A stretch of 64,000 nucleotides of DNA, from assembly GCA_024404875.1 (NCBI GenBank), contig JAKSPK010000003.1:16497-80496 (forward strand), read 5' to 3'. Made by a program: the position numbers and the translations under genes. Source of the DNA: Oscillospiraceae bacterium. Lineage in GTDB: Bacteria; Bacillota; Clostridia; Oscillospirales; Ruminococcaceae. The notes under the pieces are model-generated. The model was not told the DNA's origin, ran no database searches, and worked only from the letters and a program-made list of their open reading frames with translations. Shown here in pieces: positions 37,524-45,706 of this stretch (positions are counted from its first letter, which is position 1; each line of letters starts with the position of its first letter).

Positions 37524-38996
37524 ATGAATGATATTTACGCAGATATTGCCCGCAGAACCGGCGGTGATATTTATATCGGCGTTGTCGGACCGGTACGGAC
37601 AGGTAAATCGACGCTCATCAAACGATTTATGGAAACGCTCGTAATCCCGAATATCTCCGACGATGCAAGGCGCGAACGCGCAACAGATGAGCTGCCTCAG
37701 AGCGCGGGCGGCAAGACAATCATGACGACAGAGCCGAAATTCGTGCCGGAAACCGCCGTCGGAATCGAGCTTTCGGATGGTGTGCACTGCGCCGTCCGCA
37801 TGATCGACTGCGTCGGATATATCGTACCGAGCAGCCTCGGATACATTGAAGCAGAAGCGCCGCGCATGGTGAAAACGCCGTGGTTCGAGGAAGCAGTGCC
37901 ATTCAATATGGCTGCGGAGATCGGAACGCAGAAGGTCATCACCGAACACGCAACCGTTGGGCTTGTCGTCACGACGGACGGCTCTGTGACCGATATCCCG
38001 CGCAGCGAATATGCCGCCGCAGAGGAGCGCGTCATCTCCGAATTGCAGGCGCTGGGCAAACCGTTTGTAATCCTGCTCAACTGCGTCACACCGGAATCCA
38101 CCAAAGCAAAGGCACTCGCTGCGGAAATGGAGGAGCAGTATCATGCACCGGTGATCGCGGTCAGCTGTCTGTCACTCGACGAGGACACAATCCGCACGAT
38201 TCTCTCACGCCTGCTGGATATGTTCCCAATCCGAGAAATCAGCGTGGAAACTGCAGGATGGCTCCCTGCACTGCGCAGCGGTCACTGGCTGAAAACGGCT
38301 GTATTCGATGCCGTGCGGCAGGCAGCACAGAGTCTTGCGGTCATGCAGGATGTCCGTGCACTGCCGGAGCAGCTTCGCGAATGTGAATATATACAGGAAT
38401 GCGCCGTCCGGCAGATCAAACTCGGCACCGGCAATGTCATTCTGCGGCTTGCGCTGGATCCGGAACTGTTCTACCGTGTGCTGGGTGAAGAAACGGGCAT
38501 TGAAATTCACGGCGAAAATGAGCTGTTTCCGGTGCTGTTGGAGCTGGCACAGATCCGGCGCGAATATGAACGCGTTCGGCCGGCACTGGAGGAGGCCGAA
38601 GCGACCGGCTACGGCATAATCATGCCTGAAGCGGAGGAGCTGACGCTCGAAGAACCGGAGATGATACGGCAAGGCGGGCGATACGGTGTGCGTCTGCGCG
38701 CTTCGGCACCCTCTCTGCATATCATGAAGGCCGGCATCCAGACGACCGTCAGCCCGATTGTTGGCAGCGAAAAACAAAGCGAGGAGCTGGTGCTGTATCT
38801 GCTCCGCGAATTCGAGGAGAATCCCGCACAAATCTGGGAATCCAATATCTTCGGAAAATCGCTGCACGAGCTGGTCAACGAGGGACTGCATACCAAGCTC
38901 AGTAAAATGCCGCCGGAGGCCCGCCTGAAATTGCAGGAGACGCTGGAGCGCGTCATCAATGAGGGCTGCAGCGGTCTGATCTGTTTTATCCTGTAA
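37524..38996 (+). CDS. spoIVA: Stage IV sporulation protein A (coat/cortex basement-layer ATPase)
   Basis: 490 aa, MNDIYADIARRTGGDIYIGVVGPVRTGKSTLIKRFME (Walker A). SD GGAGGAG. Confidence 0.93.
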   Translation: MNDIYADIARRTGGDIYIGVVGPVRTGKSTLIKRFMETLVIPNISDDARRERATDELPQSAGGKTIMTTEPKFVPETAVGIELSDGVHCAVRMIDCVGYIVPSSLGYIEAEAPRMVKTPWFEEAVPFNMAAEIGTQKVITEHATVGLVVTTDGSVTDIPRSEYAAAEERVISELQALGKPFVILLNCVTPESTKAKALAAEMEEQYHAPVIAVSCLSLDEDTIRTILSRLLDMFPIREISVETAGWLPALRSGHWLKTAVFDAVRQAAQSLAVMQDVRALPEQLRECEYIQECAVRQIKLGTGNVILRLALDPELFYRVLGEETGIEIHGENELFPVLLELAQIRREYERVRPALEEAEATGYGIIMPEAEELTLEEPEMIRQGGRYGVRLRASAPSLHIMKAGIQTTVSPIVGSEKQSEELVLYLLREFEENPAQIWESNIFGKSLHELVNEGLHTKLSKMPPEARLKLQETLERVINEGCSGLICFIL

Positions 38997-39018
38997 TACA
39001 ATTCAGCGAATACTGCAA

Positions 39019-39052
39019 CAGCCGCCGATGTGTTTCTGCACACCGGCGGCTG
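39019..39052. terminator. GC-rich hairpin between convergent spoIVA and mgtE
   Basis: CAGCCGCCGATGTG/CACACCGGCGGCTG with one mismatch. The U-tracts are poor on both strands. Confidence 0.45.
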
Positions 39053-39115
39053 TATATGATCGGGATCTTCATTGTGAACGGCTCAGCTCTCCGCACAGAG
39101 CCTGCGTAAACGCAG

Positions 39116-40555
39116 TCATTCATTCAGGTGCAGCACATTAAGCAGAAGGATCCAGCTCATGCCGTAATAAGTCATAACTGCGACAAGGTCATTGATTGTT
39201 GTAATGAGCGGGCCGGATGCGACTGCGGGATCAATTTTAATCTTTTTGAAGAACAGCGGGATCAGCGTGCCGACAGCGCTGGATATCAGCATTGCTATGA
39301 CCAGCGAAAGGCCGATGCAGCCGGAGACAGCAAATGAAAAGCCCGCTGTACGCTGCTTTATGAGCATGATATATCCGCCGACCATCACAAAGGACAAAAT
39401 GCCGAGCAGCAAACCGTTGCAGAGGCCGACGCGCATCTCCTTGAATACCAGCCCCATTTTCTGCCGGAAGGTCAGTGTCTCGTCCATGAGCACGCGAATG
39501 GTCACCGCGAGGGACTGCGTGCCGACATTTCCTGCCATATCAAGGATCAGCGACTGAAACGCCATGATGAGCGTAAGCTGCGAGATCACCCGCTCGAAAA
39601 TGCCGACGACGCTCGAAACGATCAGGCCAAGTCCAAGCAGAATCAGCAGCCACGGCAGGCGTTTCCGCATACTGCGGCCGAGCGGCTCCTGCAAATCCTC
39701 CTCTGCGGTCAAACCTGCGAATTTCGCATAGTCTTCGCCCATTTCATCATCAACGACCTCAATCAGACTGGCCGCTGTAATAACACCAAGCATCTGGTTT
39801 CCGTTGTCGAGTACGGGAATGGAGTCCTCGGAATAGTCCTTCAGCTTTTCGATACAGTCGTCAATAGCCTCATGCGCATAGACATAAGGAAACGAGGTTG
39901 AGATAAGACTTTCGAGCGGAACACTGTTGCGCGCGGTGATGAGTTCCTTCAGGTCGATCGCGCCGTAATACGCGCCATATTCATCCACAACAAAAATCGT
40001 GGAAATATTATCGTTTTCCTCCGCCTGCCGAACAAGCTCATTCATGGCTTGCTTTACGGTCAGGTTTTCGCGGATAATGATGCAGTTTGTTGTCATCTTG
40101 CTGCCGATCTCGTCATCATCAAAGGATGCGATCAAGCGGATCTCTTTCCGCAGTGCGTCAGGCAGCATTTCAATGAGCAGCGTGCGGCGTTCGCGGTCGA
40201 TCTCGTGCAGAACATTTGCCGCGGTATCTGTTTCCAGATCAGCAATGACAGCCGCAGCTTTCGGAAGATCCATTTCCCGCAGATAGCCGCCCGCAGCGGA
40301 TTCCTCAAGATGCTCATAGATCTCCGCGAGCATTTCCGCTCCGCAGACGCGATAGAGCTTTTTGCGTTCCGATTGCGAAAGCTGTTCCATAATGTCGGCA
40401 ATGTCGCTGCCGTGATAGTCTGTCAGCATTGTCTGCATCGCCCGCGGGGAGAAATTTCCGCGGATTATGCTGATGATCTCATTTCCGTAATCAGGCTTGA
40501 CTGCAACGACGGTCTCCTCATTCATTACAGCATCCTGCCGGATTTCTGTCGCCAT
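39116..40555 (-). CDS. mgtE: Magnesium transporter MgtE
   Basis: 479 aa with the MgtE N-domain, a CBS pair and a C-terminal 5-TM channel domain (…GNVGTQSLAVTIR…). Confidence 0.9.
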   Translation of the reverse strand: MATEIRQDAVMNEETVVAVKPDYGNEIISIIRGNFSPRAMQTMLTDYHGSDIADIMEQLSQSERKKLYRVCGAEMLAEIYEHLEESAAGGYLREMDLPKAAAVIADLETDTAANVLHEIDRERRTLLIEMLPDALRKEIRLIASFDDDEIGSKMTTNCIIIRENLTVKQAMNELVRQAEENDNISTIFVVDEYGAYYGAIDLKELITARNSVPLESLISTSFPYVYAHEAIDDCIEKLKDYSEDSIPVLDNGNQMLGVITAASLIEVVDDEMGEDYAKFAGLTAEEDLQEPLGRSMRKRLPWLLILLGLGLIVSSVVGIFERVISQLTLIMAFQSLILDMAGNVGTQSLAVTIRVLMDETLTFRQKMGLVFKEMRVGLCNGLLLGILSFVMVGGYIMLIKQRTAGFSFAVSGCIGLSLVIAMLISSAVGTLIPLFFKKIKIDPAVASGPLITTINDLVAVMTYYGMSWILLLNVLHLNE

Positions 40556-40810
40556 ATATGTACCCTCCGTTTTTTCATGAAATCTGCTGCGATCTCATGA
40601 CAGCAACGGACAAATGGACAAAGATCCCCCGTCTGCAATGCAAACAGGGGATCATCAGAGGATACGGTCAGAGCACCGAGAAGCAATGCGGCGAACCAGC
40701 CAGTCCGCGCATTCCGGTGCTCCGCCGTATCAGCGTTAATCGTCCGTTTGCACCACAACTGTCACTGTTTGCCACATTTCTCACCTCACATTATCATTGG
40801 TTTTGCAACG
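40556..40810 (-). promoter_or_regulatory. Long structured leader with terminator upstream of mgtE; candidate M-box (Mg2+) riboswitch
   Basis: The 5' GTGAGGTGAG resembles the conserved M-box GUUAGGUGAGG. The terminator is GATCCCCTGT/ACGGGGGATC followed by TTTGTCCATTTGT. The leader is about 250 nt. The family assignment is not verified. Confidence 0.45.
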
Positions 40811-40815
40811 AGTTT

Positions 40816-40844
40816 ATTATAACACAACTAACCGAAAAAGTCAA
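40816..40844 (-). promoter_or_regulatory. Sigma-A-type promoter TTGACT-17-TATAAT (TGn extended -10) for mgtE
   Basis: The minus strand reads TTGACTttttcggttagttgtgtTATAAT. Confidence 0.6.
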
Positions 40845-40852
40845 GCAAGCAC

Positions 40853-40914
40853 CAACAAAAGAACAGACGGATACACTGAGGATTCATCATGATCCGGAAG
40901 ATGCAGCCATCTGT
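40853..40914 (-). terminator. Putative terminator of the three-gene membrane-protein operon
   Basis: The minus strand has stem ACAGATGG/CCGTCTGT with a large internal loop, followed by TCTTTTGTT. Confidence 0.35.
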
Positions 40915-40942
40915 CAATCAGGGTGCCGGAGCGCATTGGGCT

Positions 40943-41788
40943 TTATGTACCGCTGAACTCATGAAGCAGAAATTTTCTTGCCGCGGGAAATACATCAACG
41001 CTGTCAGCCGTGAGCTGCATTTCGAGCAGGATCTCGGCTTCAGCCGGACAAAGCGTCTCCGGCTGACGACGGATATAATCCTGCTGCATATTTTCGAGCC
41101 GCAGGTCACCGTCCGGTTGAATCTGCAGCGCAATTTCCGTGCAGAGCCATGTGTCCGCGGCAAAGCCCATACCAGCGTAATCGCCGCTGACATAGAGATG
41201 TCCGTCCGAAAAGCGTACAGTATATTCGCACCACTGCATCTTGCATTCAAATTCATCAAGCAGCTTCGCGCTCCCGTCAAGATCGGTGTAGAGCTGAAAT
41301 ACCGGCACGGCGGCACACCCATCCTGCACGGCATCCAGCCGGATCACAAGCAGATCCTCTTTCCCTTCGCCGCGGAAATCTCGCAGATAAGCCGCCGCAA
41401 TGCCTGCATTCTCATACGGCGTTTTCGGTTCATCTTTTCCGGAAACGCCCCATCGGGGAATGAGAATCTCGTTCATCAGTGTGTCATAAGCAGGGGGCAG
41501 TGGATTCTCTGTCACGGCGGTTGTCGCTGCCGGTTCCGAACCGGTCTCAGCCACAGCTGTCACGGGGACTTCTGTCGTCTGAACTGGCGTTGTGACGGTT
41601 GATGCTGCAGTTGTATTTGTCTGTTCAGCGGTCTCTGCGACTGTGGTTTCCGTCCATGCAGCCTCCGGCCCCGGCGCATTTCGTTCCGGATGCAGCACGA
41701 TCAGTGCAATCGCTCCGATCAGTACCGGAATGCCGAGCAGAACTGCCGCCACAAAAAGCTGCGGATCGCCGCCGGGTATTCGTTTCAT
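40943..41788 (-). CDS. Hypothetical membrane-anchored protein (N-terminal TM, Thr/Ala-rich linker, globular C-domain)
   Basis: 281 aa with TM LFVAAVLLGIPVLIGAIALIVL and linker TTVAETAEQTNTTAASTVTTPVQTTEVPVTAV. I recognise no family. Confidence 0.6.
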   Translation of the reverse strand: MKRIPGGDPQLFVAAVLLGIPVLIGAIALIVLHPERNAPGPEAAWTETTVAETAEQTNTTAASTVTTPVQTTEVPVTAVAETGSEPAATTAVTENPLPPAYDTLMNEILIPRWGVSGKDEPKTPYENAGIAAAYLRDFRGEGKEDLLVIRLDAVQDGCAAVPVFQLYTDLDGSAKLLDEFECKMQWCEYTVRFSDGHLYVSGDYAGMGFAADTWLCTEIALQIQPDGDLRLENMQQDYIRRQPETLCPAEAEILLEMQLTADSVDVFPAARKFLLHEFSGT

Positions 41789-41800
41789 ACAGGCGCCCCC

Positions 41801-42376
41801 TTATTTGAGCCAAAGGATCAGTCCGATGATATTTGCAATAATAAGCGCCGCATTGGCTGCTATCAGAATCTTGCGAAGCTTCTGATCCCCGGTCTGCGCA
41901 TCAGCGTCAATCTGCTGCGTATATGCAGCCTGCCGGGCTGTCTGGGGTGCAGGTGCCGGGCGTGTCTGCCTGACCGCCTGCGCCGGCACGGGCGCCGGAG
42001 CAGCGTTTTGTGCAGACTGCGGAAAATCCGCAGGATCCAGCCTCCACAACGTATCAGCCTGCTGCGCTGCGGCAGGCGCATGCTCCTCTGTCGGCTGTGT
42101 TTCGGGGGCCGCGCCGCTGACCGGCGGCTGCACAGATTGAAACAGAAAATCCGGTTCATCCGGCCGCTGCACCAGCTCTTTCCGCTCCGGCGGCATCTCA
42201 CCTAGCGCTGCCGGCTGAAACAGAAAATCCGGATCCATTCCGTGCTGCACCTGTGCAGAGGGCAGCGGGGGCGGAGCAAATGCCGTATTCTGAATCTGCG
42301 GCTGATGACAGATCGGACAAAAATTCATATTCATTGCATTTTCGGAATTACAATTCCGGCATATCCAAGTCTTCAT
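41801..42376 (-). CDS. Hypothetical tail-anchored protein (N-terminal zinc ribbon, Pro/Gln-rich linker with D-P-D-F-L-F-Q repeats, C-terminal TM)
   Basis: The start is at the ATG at 42376 (SD AGAGAGG), giving MKTWICRNCNSENAMNMNFCPICH (CxxC...CxxC). The repeats are DPDFLFQ, EPDFLFQ and DPADFPQ. The C-terminal TM is ILIAANAALIIANIIGLILWL. Confidence 0.6.
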   Translation of the reverse strand: MKTWICRNCNSENAMNMNFCPICHQPQIQNTAFAPPPLPSAQVQHGMDPDFLFQPAALGEMPPERKELVQRPDEPDFLFQSVQPPVSGAAPETQPTEEHAPAAAQQADTLWRLDPADFPQSAQNAAPAPVPAQAVRQTRPAPAPQTARQAAYTQQIDADAQTGDQKLRKILIAANAALIIANIIGLILWLK

Positions 42377-42401
42377 GATAGCCTCTCTTTTCTGAAATCG
42401 T

Positions 42402-43892
42402 TCAGGATTGGCACAGAGATCCGTTTGCAAAGATCACGCCCGTATTGCGGAGATCATCCGTCCCTGCCGGGACAACACTGATGCTCAGCACATTGATGCC
42501 GCTGATATCCTGCCGGATATGCAGCACACCGGACTTTGCCGTAACCGCATATTGCTCCAGCAATCTGCCGTCTCCGCTGATCCGGATATACACTGTTCTG
42601 TCAGCTGCAAAGCCGGCAATCGGCGCTGCATCGACAGTCAATACGCCGTACTGCCCGCCTGTCCGGAAATCGGCAGAGCTGATCTTCCGGCCGGTCAGTG
42701 TTTCCTCATAAGAATGATACAGATTGCCCTCCGCAGCGGGATATGACTTGCCGGAGCAGTCTGTCAGATCAGATTCCGCAAGATAAAAATCGCGCATATC
42801 CGTATCTTCTGCATCGGATAACCTGCATGGCTGATAGGCGGCGAGTTGTGCGCGCAAATCGGCTATGATCTCGGCCTCCGGCGCGATCTGCTCCGCCTCA
42901 TCGGCGAGCGCCTGCGCTGCTTCATAATCACCGCGCTGCAAAAGCAGGGTAACTCTGCGCGGCACAAGCCGAAGCCATCGGCTGTAATAGCTGTTTTTTG
43001 AAGCAGTCAGCACGGCATCCTCCTGCATGGATTCCGGCAGACCGATAAATGCGCCGAATGCTTGCTGATAATGTCCGTCAGAAAATTCCAGTGCGGCAGT
43101 GCGCAGCGTCTCCGACCGCAGTACGGCATCGCGCAGCTCTGTGATCCGCGCTGCTTCGGCCGTCAGCTCGATATCGTCCGGCAGAAGGCGGAGTGCTTCC
43201 TGCAAAGCTGACAGCGCCGCGGGATAATCCGGATTGGCACTGTTCACTGCGACTGCTGCAAGCTCCAGCGCATTCTGCCTGCATTTTCCCTGCAATGCGA
43301 TCATCTGCACTTCGGCATCGGCAAAGATGTCCTTTTCGGATTTCGGTATTTTGCGGTAGGTATCCATTGCGGATTCATAATCGCCTGCCGCTGCAAATTG
43401 CTGCGCAGTCGATTGCAGAACGGCGGCGGCTTCCCGTACCCGCAGTGCTTCCAGCTTCGGTTTGACTGCCGCCGAGACTTCGGGGATATCAAGGAGCATA
43501 AGAGAGCGCATGGCAGAGCTGGCATCTTCTGCCGTGCGTTCTCCTGCCTGATATGCATCATAGAGCTGCTGCGGTTTTTCCCGCAGCGCTGCAGCAATAT
43601 CCTCCGGAAGATCTGTACCCGGATCACGCAGATCCAGCATCTGCTTCGCGGCAGCATAGTCCTCTGCCGTCACCGCCTTGCGCAGAGCAGCATCGGGATC
43701 CGCCTGTTCTGTCTGAACCGGTTCGGAAACCACTGTATCGATATTCCCCTCCATCTCTGCGGCCGAACGATAACGGCGTGCAAGAATAATGCTCTCGGCT
43801 GCAAGGCAGCAGATGAAAACAGGCAGACTGATCCGCAGCACCCGCCGGATTTTCCGATCGCGGCGCCGCTGTGCTGATGAACGCTTTTTCAT
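42402..43892 (-). CDS. Hypothetical membrane-anchored protein (basic N-terminus and TM, long helical-repeat region, beta-rich C-terminal domain)
   Basis: 496 aa, MKKRSSAQRRRDRKIRRVLRISLPVFICCLAA. It has TPR-like helical pairs (GDYESAMDTYRKI, GDYEAAQALADEA). The C-terminus ...VYIRISGDGRLLEQYAVTAKSG...VIFANGSL looks like a lectin/NPCBM-type beta sandwich (guess). Confidence 0.6.
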   Translation of the reverse strand: MKKRSSAQRRRDRKIRRVLRISLPVFICCLAAESIILARRYRSAAEMEGNIDTVVSEPVQTEQADPDAALRKAVTAEDYAAAKQMLDLRDPGTDLPEDIAAALREKPQQLYDAYQAGERTAEDASSAMRSLMLLDIPEVSAAVKPKLEALRVREAAAVLQSTAQQFAAAGDYESAMDTYRKIPKSEKDIFADAEVQMIALQGKCRQNALELAAVAVNSANPDYPAALSALQEALRLLPDDIELTAEAARITELRDAVLRSETLRTAALEFSDGHYQQAFGAFIGLPESMQEDAVLTASKNSYYSRWLRLVPRRVTLLLQRGDYEAAQALADEAEQIAPEAEIIADLRAQLAAYQPCRLSDAEDTDMRDFYLAESDLTDCSGKSYPAAEGNLYHSYEETLTGRKISSADFRTGGQYGVLTVDAAPIAGFAADRTVYIRISGDGRLLEQYAVTAKSGVLHIRQDISGINVLSISVVPAGTDDLRNTGVIFANGSLCQS

Positions 43893-44163
43893 TCTGCACC
43901 CCCTCCTGCTGTCTTTTTGTTTCCATTATAATACATTATATCATATTATGGAAAAAAGTGCAATGGATACCAAAAATAAAACGCCGGATTTCACATCCTA
44001 ATCTCATATCAGAGCCGGGCACTGCGGACTGGCCTTCACCGGAAATACCAACCATTTCTTCCGCCCCAATCGCACTTTTGTTGATTTCTTCTTTTTCGTC
44101 CCCGGTACTGCCATAAAGCATCCTGCATTTACACACTTGTTCTTTTATTTTTACATTTGAGAG

Positions 44164-45366
44164 TCAAGACTCATGCTGAAGCAGTTTTGAATATGTTCTG
44201 TCAATCCCTATTGCTCCCAGCGGAGCTGTGATGAGTATCGCAAGCACTGCCACCGAAAGCACAATCTTTCCGCATGGCAAACCCAAAGACAACGGCACCG
44301 AGCCGATAGCCGCTTGAACTGTAGCTTTCGGAAGATAGGCGATCACACAGAAGATACGCTCTTTTGTGTTCAGCTCAGTACCAAACAGACACAGCCACAC
44401 CCCCACAGCCCGGAACGCAAGTGCTGTGAAGATCATCAACACAGCCATTCCTCCTGCCGACAGGGTGTATCGAATATCGACCGCAGCCCCCACAAGCACG
44501 AAAAGCATGACTTCGGCGGCGATCCACAGCTTTCCGAACTTCTCTGACAGGCCGGAAGAAACGCCCTTGTCAGTTTTCAGCTTTATCACGCAGGCCATAG
44601 CAACAACAGCGAGCAGCCCAGACAGCGCAACATACGGATTTATGAGTGTTTCTATACTCATCAGCAGAAACGATGTACCAAGCAGGATAATAACCTTTGT
44701 GCTGTTCCTGATCCTGTGCCCTTTCTGATAACAGCTTTCAAAAAGCAGATATACCAGCAGTCCGACCGCCGCACCAAGCAGAACGCCGAGCACAATGGAT
44801 ATGGGGATATTCAGGAAATCCATCACCTTTGCCGAACCGCCCTGAGCCATGGTCAAGAATGTGGAAAACAGTACGATCACAAAAATGTCATCGCAGGATG
44901 CTCCTGCAAGTATCATCTGCGGTATACTTCTTTGCGTACCCCATTTATCTTCTATCAGCCTGACCATTCTGGGAACGACCACAGCAGGAGATACCGCACT
45001 CAGCACGGCACCCATAACAGCGGCTTCGATACGGTCAACTCCGAGCAGGATCGGAGCAAACACCACATACCCGGCAATCTCACAGCAGGCGGGCACGAAG
45101 GACATCATCACCGCAGGTCTTCCGACTTTTTTCAGATCAGAAAGATTCAGCGAAAGACCTGCCTTTATCAGAATAATGATAAGTGCGATTCGCCGAAGCT
45201 CTGAGGATATGCCGAGTATAGATGGATCAAGCAAGTCAAGAACATAAGGACTTACCACAATACCCACGCCGAGCATACCGATGATGCGAGGCAGGCCGAT
45301 CTTCTCAAATACAGCAGCGGCTGACAGCCCGACAAGAAAAATGATTGCAAGTGATAACAGCATCAA
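44164..45366 (-). CDS. Cation:proton antiporter (Na+/H+ exchanger family)
   Basis: 400 aa, about 11-12 TM. The N-terminus MMLLSLAIIFLVGLSAAAVFEKIGLPRIIGMLGVGIVVSP is typical of CPA-family exchangers. Confidence 0.8.
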   Translation of the reverse strand: MMLLSLAIIFLVGLSAAAVFEKIGLPRIIGMLGVGIVVSPYVLDLLDPSILGISSELRRIALIIILIKAGLSLNLSDLKKVGRPAVMMSFVPACCEIAGYVVFAPILLGVDRIEAAVMGAVLSAVSPAVVVPRMVRLIEDKWGTQRSIPQMILAGASCDDIFVIVLFSTFLTMAQGGSAKVMDFLNIPISIVLGVLLGAAVGLLVYLLFESCYQKGHRIRNSTKVIILLGTSFLLMSIETLINPYVALSGLLAVVAMACVIKLKTDKGVSSGLSEKFGKLWIAAEVMLFVLVGAAVDIRYTLSAGGMAVLMIFTALAFRAVGVWLCLFGTELNTKERIFCVIAYLPKATVQAAIGSVPLSLGLPCGKIVLSVAVLAILITAPLGAIGIDRTYSKLLQHES

Positions 45367-45503
45367 AACACCTCCGGATAAAATAAAAAGCCGACAACTA
45401 TTGCGTATGATACGCAGAAGTCATCAGCTTGATAAAGCGGTTTCGCAGGCTCAGCCTGAGCCGTCCGTGGGAGAACATCATTCCTATATGAAATTACAAG
45501 AAC
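45367..45503 (-). promoter_or_regulatory. 5' leader with intrinsic terminator upstream of the antiporter (candidate riboswitch/attenuator)
   Basis: The terminator spans 45379-45430: AAGCTGATGAC...GTTGTCGGCTT enclosing GCGTAT-C-ATACGC, followed by TTTATTTTAT and then SD GGAGG. An upstream hairpin GGCTC-aggct-GAGCC is present. Confidence 0.5.
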
Positions 45504-45532
45504 ATTATACTACTGCTGATAAAAATTGTCAA
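45504..45532 (-). promoter_or_regulatory. Sigma-A-type promoter TTGACA-17-TATAAT for the antiporter
   Basis: The minus strand reads TTGACAatttttatcagcagtagTATAAT. Confidence 0.6.
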
Positions 45533-45632
45533 TACCTTTCAGCCTGATTCTCTATCCGGCTGCATCAATAGGCACAATGCACAAAACAATGGCTGATTAT
45601 TCGTAATTGCTCATGAACTTTTTTAAATCTGA

Positions 45633-45661
45633 TTGACATTACATTTGGAAAATGGTATGAT
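45633..45661 (+). promoter_or_regulatory. Sigma-A-type promoter TTGACA-17-TATGAT (TGn) for the LRR/dockerin gene
   Basis: The plus strand reads TTGACAttacatttggaaaatggTATGAT. Confidence 0.6.
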
Positions 45662-45706
45662 ATGATAAATATGGGATTATATTTCTGTTCTGAGGGGGCT
45701 ATTTTT

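Noticed and set aside
37500-38144. 214-aa minus-strand ORF
   Set aside because: It is antisense to spoIVA and is a shadow ORF.
45367-45503. c-di-AMP (ydaO-type) riboswitch upstream of the antiporter
   Set aside because: CGCUUUAUC vaguely resembles a ydaO block. However, the region upstream of the terminator (about 85 nt) is too short for the pseudo-symmetric ydaO fold, and the GGGGACCCA-type blocks are absent.
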